Positions 12,150 through 23,850 of a stretch of DNA of 64,000 bases are shown here, piece by piece; the stretch's first letter is position 1, and the number at the start of each line of letters is the position of its first letter. The notes beneath the pieces are model-generated. The model made no database searches. It was not told where the DNA came from and saw only the letters and a program-made list of their open reading frames with translations. This DNA is from Rhina ancylostomus (taxonomy: Eukaryota). The stretch spans positions 92,328,721 through 92,392,720 of the forward strand of contig JARFYF010000094.1 of the NCBI GenBank assembly GCA_030265395.1, given 5' to 3'. The position numbers were made by a program, and so were the translations under genes.

Positions 12150-13340
12150 AAATCCCTCAGGATCTTATTGTTGCAATCAGGTCATCTCTCACTTTTCTAA
12201 ACTGCAACCAATACAAATAACCTCCTGTGACAACCTGGCCATTCCAGGCAAACCTCCTCTGAACTAATTCCAATGCATTTGCATCCTTCCTTAAATAAAG
12301 AGACCTATACTCTACACAGAACTCCAGATGTAGTCTCAGATGGAGTATAATCTCCCTACTTTTGTATTCAATTCCCCTATCGATAAACAATAACATTCCG
12401 TTACTTATCCCAATCACTTACTGTACCTAAATATTAATCTTTGCAAATCATGCACTAGGAAATCCAAATCTCTCTGCACCTCATAGCTCTGCATTCTCTC
12501 ACCATTTAAATAATGCAACTTTAGAAAAAAATTGCCTTCAAAATGGACCATTTCACATTTACTCACCTGATTCTGACAAAGATTTGCTAGATCTTTGTCC
12601 ACTCACTTAACTTATCCATATCCCTTTGTTACCTCCTGATGTACCCATCATGGCTTACTTTCCCACCTATCTTTGTGTCGTCAGCTAATTTGGTAACCAA
12701 ACCTTTGTTGCCTTTAACCAAGTAATTTATATATAAATTGTAAAATGTGCTGTACTGTTCTACATTCTATGTGAAAAGCTGAGGCCTCGGCACCAATCCC
12801 TGTGGCCCATATCTCATTACACCTTGCCAACAAGAAAAAGACCTATTTATATCTACTCTTGAACTTCTGCTGGCCTGCCAATCTTTTGTCAACACCAATA
12901 TGTTGCCTCTCACACCATGAGAGTATCTGCNNNNNNNNNNTTATCAAATGCCTTCTGGAAATCGAAGTACAATACTTCCACCTGTTCCCCTTATCCACAG
13001 CACATGTAACTTCCTCAAAGAGCTCTTATAAATTTGTCAGTATTGTTTTCCTTTCACAAAGCCCTCGCTAGATGACCCTGAATTCTCTTAATTGTCTTGC
13101 AATACTATCTCTCATGATAACTTCTAACATTTTCCCAATGACAGATGTTAAGTCAACAGACCTGTAATTTTCCTGTAACTTTCTGACTCTTTTTATGAAT
13201 CAAGAGTTATATTTGCTATTTTCCAGTCAAATGGAACTTCCCTGAATCAAGGGAATTCTGGAAAACTAAAAAAATAAATCAACTATCTCACTAAACACTT
13301 CTTCTAAGTCCCAAAGATGAAGTCCATCAAGACCCTGGGT
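12150..13340 (-). mobile_element. CR1 LINE ORF2 (RT) fragment
   Basis: Minus ORF pieces RGIEYKSREIIL.L...HLEFCV...LYLRKDANALELVQRRF and KCEMVHF...YLNGERMQSYEVQRDL; gctgacgacacaaag (ADDTK) at ~12672-12686. Confidence 0.85.
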
Positions 13341-13347
13341 CTTGTTA

Positions 13348-13802
13348 GGGCAAGCATGGTAGTGTAGCGGTTAGCATAATGTGATTACAGCACCAGTGAC
13401 CCAGGTTCAATTCTGGCTGCTGCCTGTAAGGAGTTTGTACGTTCTCCCTGNNNNNNNNNNNNNNNNNNNNNNNNNNNNNNNNNNNNNNNNNNNNNNNNNN
13501 NNNNNNNNNNNNNNNNNNNNNNNNNNNNNNNNNNNNNNNNNNNNNNNNNNACCCGGGTTCAATTCCCGCCGCTGCCTGTAAGGAGTTTGTACGTTCTCCC
13601 TGTGTCTGCGTGGGTTTCCTCCAGGTGCTCTGGTTTCCTCCCACATTGCACGTATGGGTTAGGAAGTTGTGGGCACGCTATGTTGGAGCTGGAAGCATGG
13701 CAACACTTGCGGACTGCCCCCAGAACACTCTACACAAAAAGATGCATGTAACTGTGTGTTTTGATGTACATGTCACTAATAAAGATATCTTATCTTATCT
13801 TA
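13348..13802 (+). mobile_element. Young tRNA-derived SINE (gap inside)
   Basis: tagtgtagcggttagc A-box-like head, ggttcaattc B-box, ctgtaaggagtttgtacgttctccc body, tail gatgtacatgtcactaataaagatatcttatcttatct. Same family at 22540 and 29605. Confidence 0.85.
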
Positions 13803-13894
13803 CATGCTCCAACAATTTGCTCAGTATCACAGCCCCTGTGATTACGATTTTCCCGAATTGCTGCCTCCCTTTATATAAGGTAATCTGCTGGAAC

Positions 13895-14200
13895 ATGTCA
13901 ACTTGGCTCAGTTGGAAGCAGATTTCCCTCTGATTTATAACCAACTCCAGATGCCAAGTACAAGATATACCTCACCATACCATTGTACTAGCGAGAGAGA
14001 CCTGCAGTGAAAAAATGGAAGAGAAAGCCGTGCATGATACTCAGGGTGGGTGTTCTAGTAGTGAACTGATTGACATTCCTCCCTAAAGCACCAACTCACC
14101 ACTTTGCTATTGTGTGGTTTGTTTTATGAAAATCAGTTGCTTACCAACATAATGTTGACAACACTTCCAAGTTACTAGTTACACATGAAGTGCTTTGTAA
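13895..14200 (+). mobile_element. Ancient SacSINE1/Deu-like SINE, decayed
   Basis: tRNA-like head ttggctcagttggaagca, and a 3' region acacttccaagttact...gaagtgctttg resembling the copies at 20860 and 52000. Confidence 0.4.
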
Positions 14201-15149
14201 CAGATGAACAAATCAGCAGAGGCAGTCCCTTGATTGTAGCCTCAAGTTACACACATAAAATTTACTAAGAAGAGCCTATTGGTCCACCTGGCCTAAATTC
14301 CTCGTGAGTTTTCTCCCACTCTACTTCAACTCACTCTATCAGCAGATAACTATGCACAATGGAATTAGTCAACAGCTGACAGTTTTCCATTGTTCTCTAT
14401 TTTTTCAGATTAGGATTAGCTGGACTGTGTTCTCAATCCTGCTTCTATAGAAATTCACTATTCTTTTCCACCACCTGACTAAACTGCTGAAAGAGGATGT
14501 TTACTTATATTTAAGTATTTCACCAAGGTTACCTAATGAATTGCAGGTCCACCTATTTTGCAATAGGGCACTGATCTGTGCATATGGAATAGTGAGCAAT
14601 TACAATCCTTCTGTGTTCATGTTCTTGACTGTAAAGAGCTGTTGTCTTCTCACTGTCCCTTGTAAAGAATCACTGACCACAGCATAGGAAGTGCTGACCA
14701 CTTCTCAAAGCTTCACACCAGTTACCCCAGAGTTCCAGGTGTAAATAATGGCAGCCATTTCTGAGTCAGCTAGCATGGACGTGAGGCATATTACAGTTTA
14801 AGAGCCAAAAGCTGTTTGGAATTAGCACTAAAAAGGGTAAAGCAACGCTTCCCTCCTGCGCCTATATCTGAATTTTTTATTGCAGCCAATGAATCACTGG
14901 TTTCAGTGTAACAAGATGCCATTTGTCTCAAATCAGTCTGGACTACTGTTACTTGTTAACTTTGTTGCCTCTGTGAGGCTGCAGGGGTGATTTAACTCTT
15001 TCACGGCAAACACAGCCTTGACAATGAACTGAAGGTCATCAAGGCCCCTGGGTTGAGGCAGAGATAAAGCCACAGAACTAATCATTTTGAAAGGCAGGCT
15101 ACAATTATTGGTCCAAATCAAGATGACTGACAGCAAGCAGGGAATTGCT

Positions 15150-15420
15150 GGCCATCGGCCCTTTGCAGCTTGGCTCAGTTCTTGGATTCTCCTCAGCTGA
15201 ACCTGCTCAGCTAAACCCGTGTCCAAGACGAGCTGACGATCAGATGCCAGCACAGCTAACCTCCAGCTTCACCAGCAGCTCACAATGATGCCAGCGATGG
15301 GGCACCCTTGTGCTGGAGGGAGGGACTTGATGCACTGTGTGTCTGGTCCCTTCGCTTCATGCCAGGGATGGTTGGTATTCATTTGAATGAAGTTGCCAGT
15401 TCCATGCAAACATGTAAATG
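15150..15420 (-). mobile_element. RTE-clade LINE 3' fragment
   Basis: Minus-strand LASDR..LDTG...VQ..R resembles the RTE ORF C-terminus (WE.LA.DR..WR). Confidence 0.45.
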
Positions 15421-15499
15421 TAGCTAAGTGTTCAATGTTTTAAAATAACGTGTTCCTATTAAATGGTGCTTTTAATTAAATACATTTTAATGGAGTCAA

Positions 15500-15620
15500 A
15501 TGTGGTACTGTACAGAAACAGACCCTTTGGCCCACCATACCCATGCTAACCATTGTATTTATCTATACTAACCCCATTTTCCTGTGTTTGGCCTGTAGCC
15601 TTCTATGCCTTGGCAATTCA
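15500..15620 (-). mobile_element. CR1/HE1 3' tail fragment
   Basis: acagaaacagaccctttggcccacca...ggcctgtagccttctatgcct. Confidence 0.55.
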
Positions 15621-16086
15621 GTCTTTTAAAAGACAATTAAGTACGTCCATTTTAATAGTTATTAAATGCCTTTACTATCACTGACGTATTCAAAAAATTC
15701 AAACGGTTTTGAGAGGGGTGAGCTGTTCAGTAGATGTCAGGATGGGGCCTTATCGGTACACTACCTGAAGCCTAATTGCTGCTTTGAGCCTACTCAGCCT
15801 CACAGTACGCTTCCTGGATTTGGGGGTTAGGATCATCTTGTTCATTCTTCCACATCTGGAAATAGTAAATGCGGCCAGTTGGGCACCACGGGCGGCAAGA
15901 CTGGGCATCAGGCCGAGTCCAGTACAATCTGTCCCAGATAAACATTTGTCCTGTCAGGAACACTGCCTCCTCAACTTAAAGTGAGACCCATCCTCTTGGT
16001 GGGGGCTGAGTTGCACAATGAGAAAGAGTTCTAGTTCCAGTTCCTGTGTTGTTCCAATTGCAACTTTGTTTTTTGCTCTGCCCTAC

Positions 16087-16269
16087 TTCTATAAGATGTG
16101 CGATGATTCCAGCCAGATATTGTTCAGGCAAAGATGGAAAAAATTCTTTACATTTGACAACACATTTTTCCACAGATTGCCAAAGTTAATAATACTGCAA
16201 CAATTCCTTTCATTTAATGAGAACAACCAGATCTTGTTGCCAATAGTGAACAAACTGATGACATTCAGG
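16087..16269 (-). pseudogene. Pseudo-exon, RGS-like domain start, two premature stops
   Basis: Acceptor tttccctgctcag, donor GAA|GTAGGG, 183 bp phase 0-0. PECHQFVHYWQQDLVVLIK*KELLQYY*LWQSVEKCVVKCKEFFPSLPEQYLAGIIAHLIE; stops at 16212-16210 and 16188-16186. Confidence 0.6.
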
Positions 16270-16499
16270 CTGAGCAGGGAAAGCTATAATTTGTTGGTCA
16301 ATAAATATTTTGTTCCATACAGAGAATGCAATAGGCCCCCAAACCTAGTTCTATATACAATTACAATATTGATTCGTCAAACAATTGCAAGATGAGGACT
16401 GAAGAGTCCATTTATCAGATTACATAAAATGAATGGACAGTGTTTGGAGGTAGGGGTGGGATTGATATGGTCAAGTTGGATTTGGATGTGGATATTGCG

Positions 16500-16820
16500 T
16501 GCACAGTCTTTTTCCCAGGGAAAGAGAACCAAAAACTTGAGGGCATAGGTTTAAGGTGAGAGGGGAAAGATTCAAAAGGGACCTGAGGGGCAACTTCTTC
16601 ATGTATTGGGTAGTGTGTATATTGAAGGAGCTGCCAGAGAAAGGAGTTGCGGCAGGTACAATTATAACATTTAAATGACATTTGGGTAAGTACATGGATA
16701 GGAAAGGATTAGAGAGATATGGGCCAAATGCGGGAATATGGGTCAAGCTTATATAGGCACCTTAATTTGGTTGACAAGGGCCTGTTTCTGTTCTGTATTA
16801 TTCTATGACTCCATGACTCT
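16500..16820 (+). mobile_element. CR1 LINE 3' fragment
   Basis: gagggcataggtttaaggtgagaggggaaagattcaaaagggacctgaggggcaacttctt...aagggcctgtttctgttctgtattattctatgactccatgactct. Confidence 0.9.
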
Positions 16821-17744
16821 GTTGAGGGGAAAAGGGTTAGGAATATAAATGGGAGTTTAATGGGCAATAACAACAGCAAAAAATTTGCACTGAACCACAT
16901 GCACTAGAAAAATGCACATAATATAGTGACTCATAGAACTTTAGTAAGGGAGGAAAACTTCCTTTAAAAGCTCCTTTAGTGAGGAGACCAAGGATAACTT
17001 TTAAACTTCTAGGAACTGGATTTGAGTTTGCAAATTCTGACACCTGAAAACTATGGTTTCAGATCAGTCCATGTATCCACGTTCAACTTATTCTCTTCCT
17101 ACCTTGTATTCCCTGTCATCTTCAAAAGGAAAGCAAAATGGTGACCACTTGTCATTTTTGTTGGTGTTATGTGGTGCCCTGGTTTTTCTCCAATTTCCAA
17201 GCCCTAGCTGCACTCCAGAGTTTTGCAGGTGTGTGTTTCTTTAATGAAAGGCTTTAAAAGTGTTGGAATAGTAACAGTGGAACTGCTGTTTCTAGCTGCC
17301 AGTCTGTTTTTCATTAACAACCCAACAAATCAAATTCCTCTCCACCAGCACCCAAGGCTGGATCTCAACTATCATGCAGCAATAATTATGTGCTGGGCGG
17401 GAATCCATTCAAAAAATTACAAGACACACTGTGTGACAAGCATGTAACTGAATAAGCTTTCAATCTTTTTTTTGCAGGAGGGAGTCACTTGGTTTCTATT
17501 TAGGACGAAAGGGAAACTACGGGTTATTAAGGTTGTAAGGGTGAGTAGCTGTGCGAAATAGAGAACCCCCTAGGTAGAAGACAGGGCACGATAACTAGAA
17601 ACAGATCAGGGAGGAGGCCTAGGAACTGATTGGGATAGATTTTAAGCTGTACTACTGTATGGCAAGACTGCACTTCAGCCACTTACTCTGATTGGTCCCA
17701 GTAACACATTGACTTTTATTTTCCCCCAACTGCTGTAACAAAAT

Positions 17745-17920
17745 ATTAAAAAAAGTGACTGCCATATTTAGAATAAAATGGTTCTGAAGTGAACTTTCTT
17801 TTGGCTGGACTTGAGTTTCTTATGGCACACGAGCATAAATCCAGCGTGGTATCAGGTGTTGTTTTGGGGGAATGAGGAGGTCTCAGGCAGCTACCACTAG
17901 ATGTGCATATGAGGAACATT
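17745..17920 (-). pseudogene. Pseudo-exon, RGS-like C-terminal helices
   Basis: Acceptor ctttgccattcgttcag; phase-0 reading includes KKLKSSQKKVHFRTILF*IWQSLFL with several stops; donor not identified. Confidence 0.35.
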
Positions 17921-18592
17921 CTGAACGAATGGCAAAGGCTCTCAGTGTGGGACACCAGATATTTATGGGTGCATGTTGAGAGAAACATTTTATTCTCAGG
18001 AGGTGGTTGGCGTACTTTGAAAGGGTTTACTGCATTTTGACAGTTTAAGGCTTTTGTAAGAATTGATAACAACTCACATCCTTGAAACTAAGACCTTTAT
18101 TTGTTTAGCTTTCATAAAAAAAAACACTCTTGCTGTAAAGTGAAACAGGATAATGCATCTGGTGAGGAAGTAACTTGCTGACAAGTAGCAAGATTAGGGA
18201 TCCCTCATTATTTTGAGGAACTTTGCGCCTGTCCTGGGACAGGAACATGGATTATGAGCAGTGGTGATTAGTGGATGCTGTTCAGGAAATTCCAGCAGTC
18301 CGATGGGCTGTTAGCACACAGCCTACTGATTCATATGTCATCTGCTAGCTATAAACTCCAAATTTGCTGTAAACCCATTATTTAAACACACTTGAAATAA
18401 GACATTGAAGAAGTTAATTAGCTGGGTAATTAGAAACCAACCACACTATTAGGAACACATTCCATTTGTGATACTGCTGCATGCACATCGGAGAAACAAA
18501 AAATGCATTTCAGCATTTAAGAAAGGGTTGGAAATGCTGGCGAACCACAACTCTGCAAAACCACTTTCTGCTTCAGTTTGTGAATAGGTTAC

Positions 18593-18782
18593 CTTTCAAC
18601 ACACTTAAAACAAGGATGATTTAATAGATTGCTTTGTCCTTAATGAAAAATGCCCCCAGCCTCAACCCAAACAAAGCATCTAATGTGCGGTTGGCTTTTT
18701 TTTCCTTTGGCAAGGCAGCTCTGTACTGATAAGACCGTTGCCTGCTATTCTCCAAGGACTTGAGCTGCTGGAAGACTGCAAC
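18593..18782 (-). pseudogene. Pseudo-exon (5' part lost in gap), RGS-like domain start
   Basis: VAVFQQLKSLENSRQRSYQYRAALPKEKKANRTLDALFGLRLGAFFIKDKAIY*IILVLSVLK, donor AAAG|GTAACC; GL..F+ pattern as in early RGS helices. Confidence 0.45.
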
Positions 18783-20859
18783 NNNNNNNNNNNNNNNNNN
18801 NNNNNNNNNNNNNNNNNNNNNNNNNNNNNNNNNNCCAACCACAACATGTTACCCACCGTGAGAGAGCAGGACGCAGGCACTGGTAGTCAGGAGTTATCGT
18901 CTATCATACTGATTGACGAAACCAAGAGTGAGTAGAAAAAATAAACATGAACAGAGACTGCAGTGTTTAGGGTAGTCAGCTGGGAGTTTCAGTATTTGGC
19001 CTTAGTGATCCCAGTCTCATGGTGGGTTATCTTTCCCTTCTGCTATCATTTATCATAACTCTAAGGCCAGGGAGAAACAAAACTCAGAACATTCTATTGG
19101 TTACATTCATTATGCTTTCTCCTTCCCCTAACCCTTCTTCCTTTTAACAACACCCCATCACTTTTCACCCCCACCCCCTCATGCTCACAAAAGTTCCATC
19201 CCTTCACATCCCAATCCCTGAAGCACAATGAAATCCAACACCAGAGCATGCTCCTATTCAGGTAATTAACCCATGTTATTTTATTGGTTCAGAAATTTAC
19301 GCACATTCATGTCAGCACAGACAAACTGGGTTAAATATTTAACCAACACACTGGCTGAACTATATTAAAATAAATTGCTTTCTGATAGCACATTGCTTCT
19401 TCCCCTGTTCTTATCTGCTTTACCAGAGATATTGACTGCCAAATATGTTTAAAATTTAGAAGCTTCAAAGTTTACTTCCAGAGATGGTCCTGGTGTCTGT
19501 TGACAAAGCATGTTAAATAGTGCAGACATTAAACAATGCTCATACTTGAGCCACTGTATACTACCAAGATTGTACTCAGGTACTCCCACTTGCTTCAGCC
19601 ACTTGTACACACAGGACCTGGGTTATAGATTGATCACCTGTGTTGCCTGCACCGAGAGGGTATTCAGTGTGGCTCATTCACTCAGTCACATACCCGGAAG
19701 GTGCTTAGATATGGCTGACTTAACTTCAATTATTTTTGCCCAGACCAGTCTCAGGTACGGCTTACTCACTTCAACTACAAGCAGCCAGCAGGAACTCAAA
19801 CCCAACTCATTGATATCTCTGGAATGTCAAGGGGAGCCAGGGATGGTTTACCTACTTCAGGCAGCATGTGTGCAGGGAGATCCTAATGCTATCTGCTTCA
19901 GTCACTTGGTGTCAAGAATGAGTACAGAATGAGCCCATATTAGTTGTCTATATTAATGATATCCTGATGTATGTTCTCTCCTTCAGATAGGTTTAAAAGG
20001 AATGGCTTTAAATACAGCTTGTTCATTTACCACAGGATATGGGAAAGTCATACACAGTATAGTTACTTGTAAATAGAAGTAGGGACTCTGTTCACACATA
20101 ATTTTATAGTTCAATGCACCTATATCCAAACGATCTTCAGATGCATGGTTCTTATACAAGGGAGCCTTTACTTATAGATCAAAGCTTGCTGAATTCAATA
20201 TTACTGCACATTTTGTCTGCTCAAGTCAGAGTGGAGACATTTGCATCAATTAAATAAAGTGGCAAATAGATTTGGCACAGGCTCAACTTTCATTCCCAAG
20301 GTAGGTAAAATGTGGTCTAACACTGCACCTCTAGCACTAGGTGTGATGAACACTGACTTTAAAACCAAGCAAAATGTTCTGCCTGCACCAGGGTTGAAAG
20401 TAGCTTAATTTTTTTTATCAGAACAGTTGTGTAAATTTCTTACCAGTACAGTTATATCTCAAACATTGTGTCAACCACTTTCTTACCAGTACGCTTACTT
20501 TCGGCTCTTGGTCTTATCACAGAAAAACATCTTAAGGTGATTCACAGGAGTGTTAACAAAAAAATATGGCGCCTGTCCACAAAAGGAAATAGCAAGGGAG
20601 ATAACGAAAGGCTTGATACAAGAGGAGTATTCAGAGGAGTAAAATAGGACAGAGGTGGAGGGTTTAAGAAATATGTTTCAGAGCTTAGGGCCTTGCCAAA
20701 TGAAGGAGAGTGGCCAATTAACCCAGGAGTAATGAAGCTGAGTATTGGAGGAGTGCAGGTGGAAACTAATCATGGAAACAGAGAGCTGAAGCCAAGGGGG
20801 AATTGAAAAATTAGCATGAGAATGCAAGTCAGTAAACAGGGTTATATACTACTGAGGAA

Positions 20860-21200
20860 AGAAGGAAAGATTTCCATATACATAGTGCCTTTCACAACTG
20901 TAAAATGTCCCAAACTGCTTTACAGTGAATAAATTATCTTCTATGTCTAATTTCTCTGCAATGTAACAGACACGTCAGCCAATTTGTTCCCAGCAAGCTC
21001 CGTGAAACAAAAATGTGATAATGATTCCGACACTCTGTGAGGTAATGTTGGTTGAGAGATGAAAGTTCAACAGGTCACTGAAGAGAAGGATTCCATTTCT
21101 TCTTCAAAATAGCTTCATTTGATCTTTCGTGTCAGCCTGAGAAGGTTGACAGAGTTTAGCGTCTCATTCAAAAGATGGCACCTCAGAGACAAGTATGGTA
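20860..21200 (-). mobile_element. SacSINE1/Deu-domain SINE
   Basis: catagtgcctttcacaac...atgtcccaaactgctttaca...tcttcaaaatagc...gatctttcgtgtcagcctgaga...gtttagcgtctcattcaaaagatggcacctc. Confidence 0.65.
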
Positions 21201-21589
21201 CATGCCTGAGACTAAATGTGTACATTAATAAATTCAATAAAAATCATTTAGAAAGAAAAAGAAAGTTAATAACAGCTGTTATTGTGTATCTAGGGAGCCT
21301 CTCTCTTCCGTTATGTTCCACTATTGGCTCATAACTTGAGTATAGAAAGATAAACCAGCATTCTGGCAGATATTGCAGGCACTCACCCCTGCAGGAAGGA
21401 GTCCTGCACCTGTGTTTGCATGTGTAGTCAGTGCTCTATTCTCTTGGCGGCCATTTATTAACAGTAGACGTACATGAGCAGGGCTGCCATGTTCTCACAG
21501 CATTCAAACGACCCTGTTGTAACTTTATAGAGCAAACTGGAGGCCCATCATTGGTTGCACATTTTCTCTTTAGATCACAACTTCATACT

Positions 21590-21760
21590 GCTGCAAACAA
21601 ACTGGTTTCCTTGAGGGGATCTCAAACTGTTTGTTTTCAAACGAATGAATATCAAAGAAGATGTTTCGAGAGGCATTGACAATTATGAAGCATTTCTGTG
21701 ATGAGGGAAAGGAGATGTAACTCTGCTTTAGAGTGATCTTAATACAGTGTATAAATGAAG
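21590..21760 (-). pseudogene. Pseudo-exon, RGS-like helices 5-8
   Basis: Acceptor cttttcccattttgtacag; phase-2 reading FIYTLY*DHSKAELHLLSLITEMLHNCQCLSKHLL*YSFV*KQTV*DPLKETSLF (IY..Y / F..Q..V...L pattern); donor unclear. Confidence 0.45.
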
Positions 21761-22529
21761 CTGTACAAAATGGGAAAAGCTTAACCAAAATAAAAGAACC
21801 TGATCAGATGCCATCCATTAAGGTGTCTCCCACAATGAGGTCCATTCCATTGCTGATGCTGAATGTAGATTCAGTGGAAGCAGTGGCAACGAAGAGATCA
21901 AGATTCCTGACTTAGTGTAACTAAGATGCATTGATTAGTCTGTGCAACTAAACCCAAACCAAAAATGAAATCAATTACTAAAAGATTTAGAGCAAAACAA
22001 CTGAGATGGTATCTATTCTCCTTGCATATTTGAAAGTGAAAAAAGAATGATATTATTTTCAAAATAAGTTACATACTAAGTGGAATTATATCCTTAAGTG
22101 TAAAAAAAAATTCAGATCCAGAATGCTTCTCTCAAGGAAGACATCTGTAGTTGACAAGCATTATAGATAAGTGCTTCAGTCAAGTATATAGATTTCACAT
22201 GAGTGGAAGAACTTCAGTAATACATCATCCTGAGGGTAATGCTCTATTTGCTTTAACAATCCAGTTGAGGCACGTGTCATATTACAGGACAGTGATATTG
22301 AATAACAATAGCATGTGGCTCATTTCAATAAAGATAAGTGTCCTGATTAGGGGTGGAATCTCAACCATATTCTCAGTGTTTGGCACAATGATGGCAAATG
22401 AGTTGACTCTGGAAAAGAATTAATACATAAATATTTCAAATGATATCAAAAATCCAGTATGTTACATTCCTCATGAGGCCTCAGACTCAAAATGCAACCT
22501 GTGATGGCTAAGTGAGTTTAGAAGGTAAT

Positions 22530-22746
22530 ACACAGTGAAATGCGTCATTTTGCATTACTGAGAATGTGCTGGGGGCAGCCCGCATGTGTCGCCACTATAG
22601 CATGCCCACAGCTCTGAACCTGTACATCTTTGGAATGTGGGAGGAAATCCAAGTAGACATGGGGAGAACGTACAAACTCCTTGCAGACTGTGACGGAATT
22701 GAACCCGGGTCACTGGCGCTGTAATAGCGTTACACGGCCATGCTGC
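22530..22746 (-). mobile_element. Young tRNA-derived SINE
   Basis: Reverse of gcatggccgtgtaacgctattacagcgccagtgacccgggttcaattccg...aaggagtttgtacgttctcccc. Confidence 0.85.
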
Positions 22747-22894
22747 TTGACTATGAGGGCAAGGGGCTTGCAGCGGCTGCATGTGGTTGCTCAGGTTCCA
22801 AGATGGGAAGCAAGTGCTTACTGTCCTTCACTGGCTTCCACTCTGGCAACATTTACTTCTAAAATCTTCATCTATGGTTTCAACTAACCATTGT

Positions 22895-22992
22895 TGTAAC
22901 AAACAATCTGGTGGAGGAACTCAGCAAGTCAGGCAGCATCTCTGGGGGGGAAAGGAATTGTTGATGTTTCAGATTGAAACCCTGCATCAGGG
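22895..22992 (-). mobile_element. Penelope-derived short repeat
   Basis: ggaggaactcagcaagtcaggcagcatct...gtttcagattgaaaccctgcatcagg. Confidence 0.6.
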
Positions 22993-23029
22993 CTCATTGT
23001 AGTAAGCTCTTCCAGCACACCAATGCTTC

Positions 23030-23430
23030 AAAGAATTAGAAAATTGTTTGAGCACAGGAGGAGGTCATGTGGACCCTTCAGTTATTCTGGTTTCTAGAAG
23101 AGCAATCCAGTCAGTCTCATTCCCCTACTCTTTCTCATTGCCCTGCAAACTGTTTTCCCTCGGGAGCCTATGTAATGAGCTCCTGAAAGCCCCGATTGAT
23201 TCTATTTGCACCACCCTTGCAGGCAGTGAGTTCCAGATCATATCTACTGTTTGTGTAAAAATAGCTTTTCTTCAAATCTTTTTCTCAAAATATTAAGTCT
23301 GCCTATCCCCTCTGAGTCCTTGAACCATTCATGAACAGGAACAGCTCCTCTCTTTTTACCCTTTCTAACCTAATCATGGACTTGTACACATCTATCAAAT
23401 TTCCTCTCAACCATTTTTGCTCAAAGGAGA
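23030..23430 (-). mobile_element. CR1 LINE 3' fragment
   Basis: cacaggaggaggtcat...caccacccttgcaggcagtgagttccagatc...acatctatcaaatttcctctcaacc. Confidence 0.7.
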
Positions 23431-23569
23431 AAAATCTTTTCTATTCCTTGAATTCAAATTTCCAAACTGCTGTGGTGGAATTTGAATTCATGATTCTTAT
23501 TCAATGATCCGGGCCTCGTGAGGCTAAGCCAGTAACTTAACCACTATGTTACCAAACCACAGATCTCTA

Positions 23570-23850
23570 TGCTCCGATTCTAGGCCCTTGTGCTTCCCTA
23601 ATTTGCATCACTCCACCATCAGCAGTCACACCTTCCACTGCCTGAAGCTTTAAGTTTGGAAATTCTCTCACTAAACCCTTCATCTCTGCTAGTGTCTCCT
23701 CCTTTAAGATGCTCTTTGAAACCAACATCATTGATCAAGCTTTTTGGTAACCACTTCCAATAGTCCCTTATGTGGATCAGTTTCAATTCCTGTGAAGCAT
23801 TTTGGGATATTTTACTGCATTAAAGACACTATGTAAATGTTGGTTGTTGT
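23570..23850 (+). mobile_element. L2 LINE 3' end
   Basis: ctccaccatcagcagtcacaccttc...ggaaattctctcactaaacc...cctttaagatgctc...cctgtgaagcattttgggat...aaagacactatgtaaatg then (ttg)n. Confidence 0.65.

Noticed and set aside
13348-13420. tRNA gene
   Set aside because: The A/B boxes belong to a SINE head; no complete cloverleaf, and a SINE body follows
16018-16395. 125-aa plus-strand ORF
   Set aside because: Antisense shadow of the minus-strand pseudo-exon 16087-16269; no recognisable protein features
18621-18782. KEKKANRTL as a GPCR TM6-entry motif
   Set aside because: No following hydrophobic helix or other GPCR motifs; fits the RGS-like context better
19510-19932. 140-aa plus-strand ORF
   Set aside because: Appears to lie in an old SINE-like repeat (ggaactcaaaccc, reverse B-box-like); no protein motif or splice support
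20437-20492. 14-bp direct repeat tttcttaccagtac
   Set aside because: Only two copies; most simply a small local duplication
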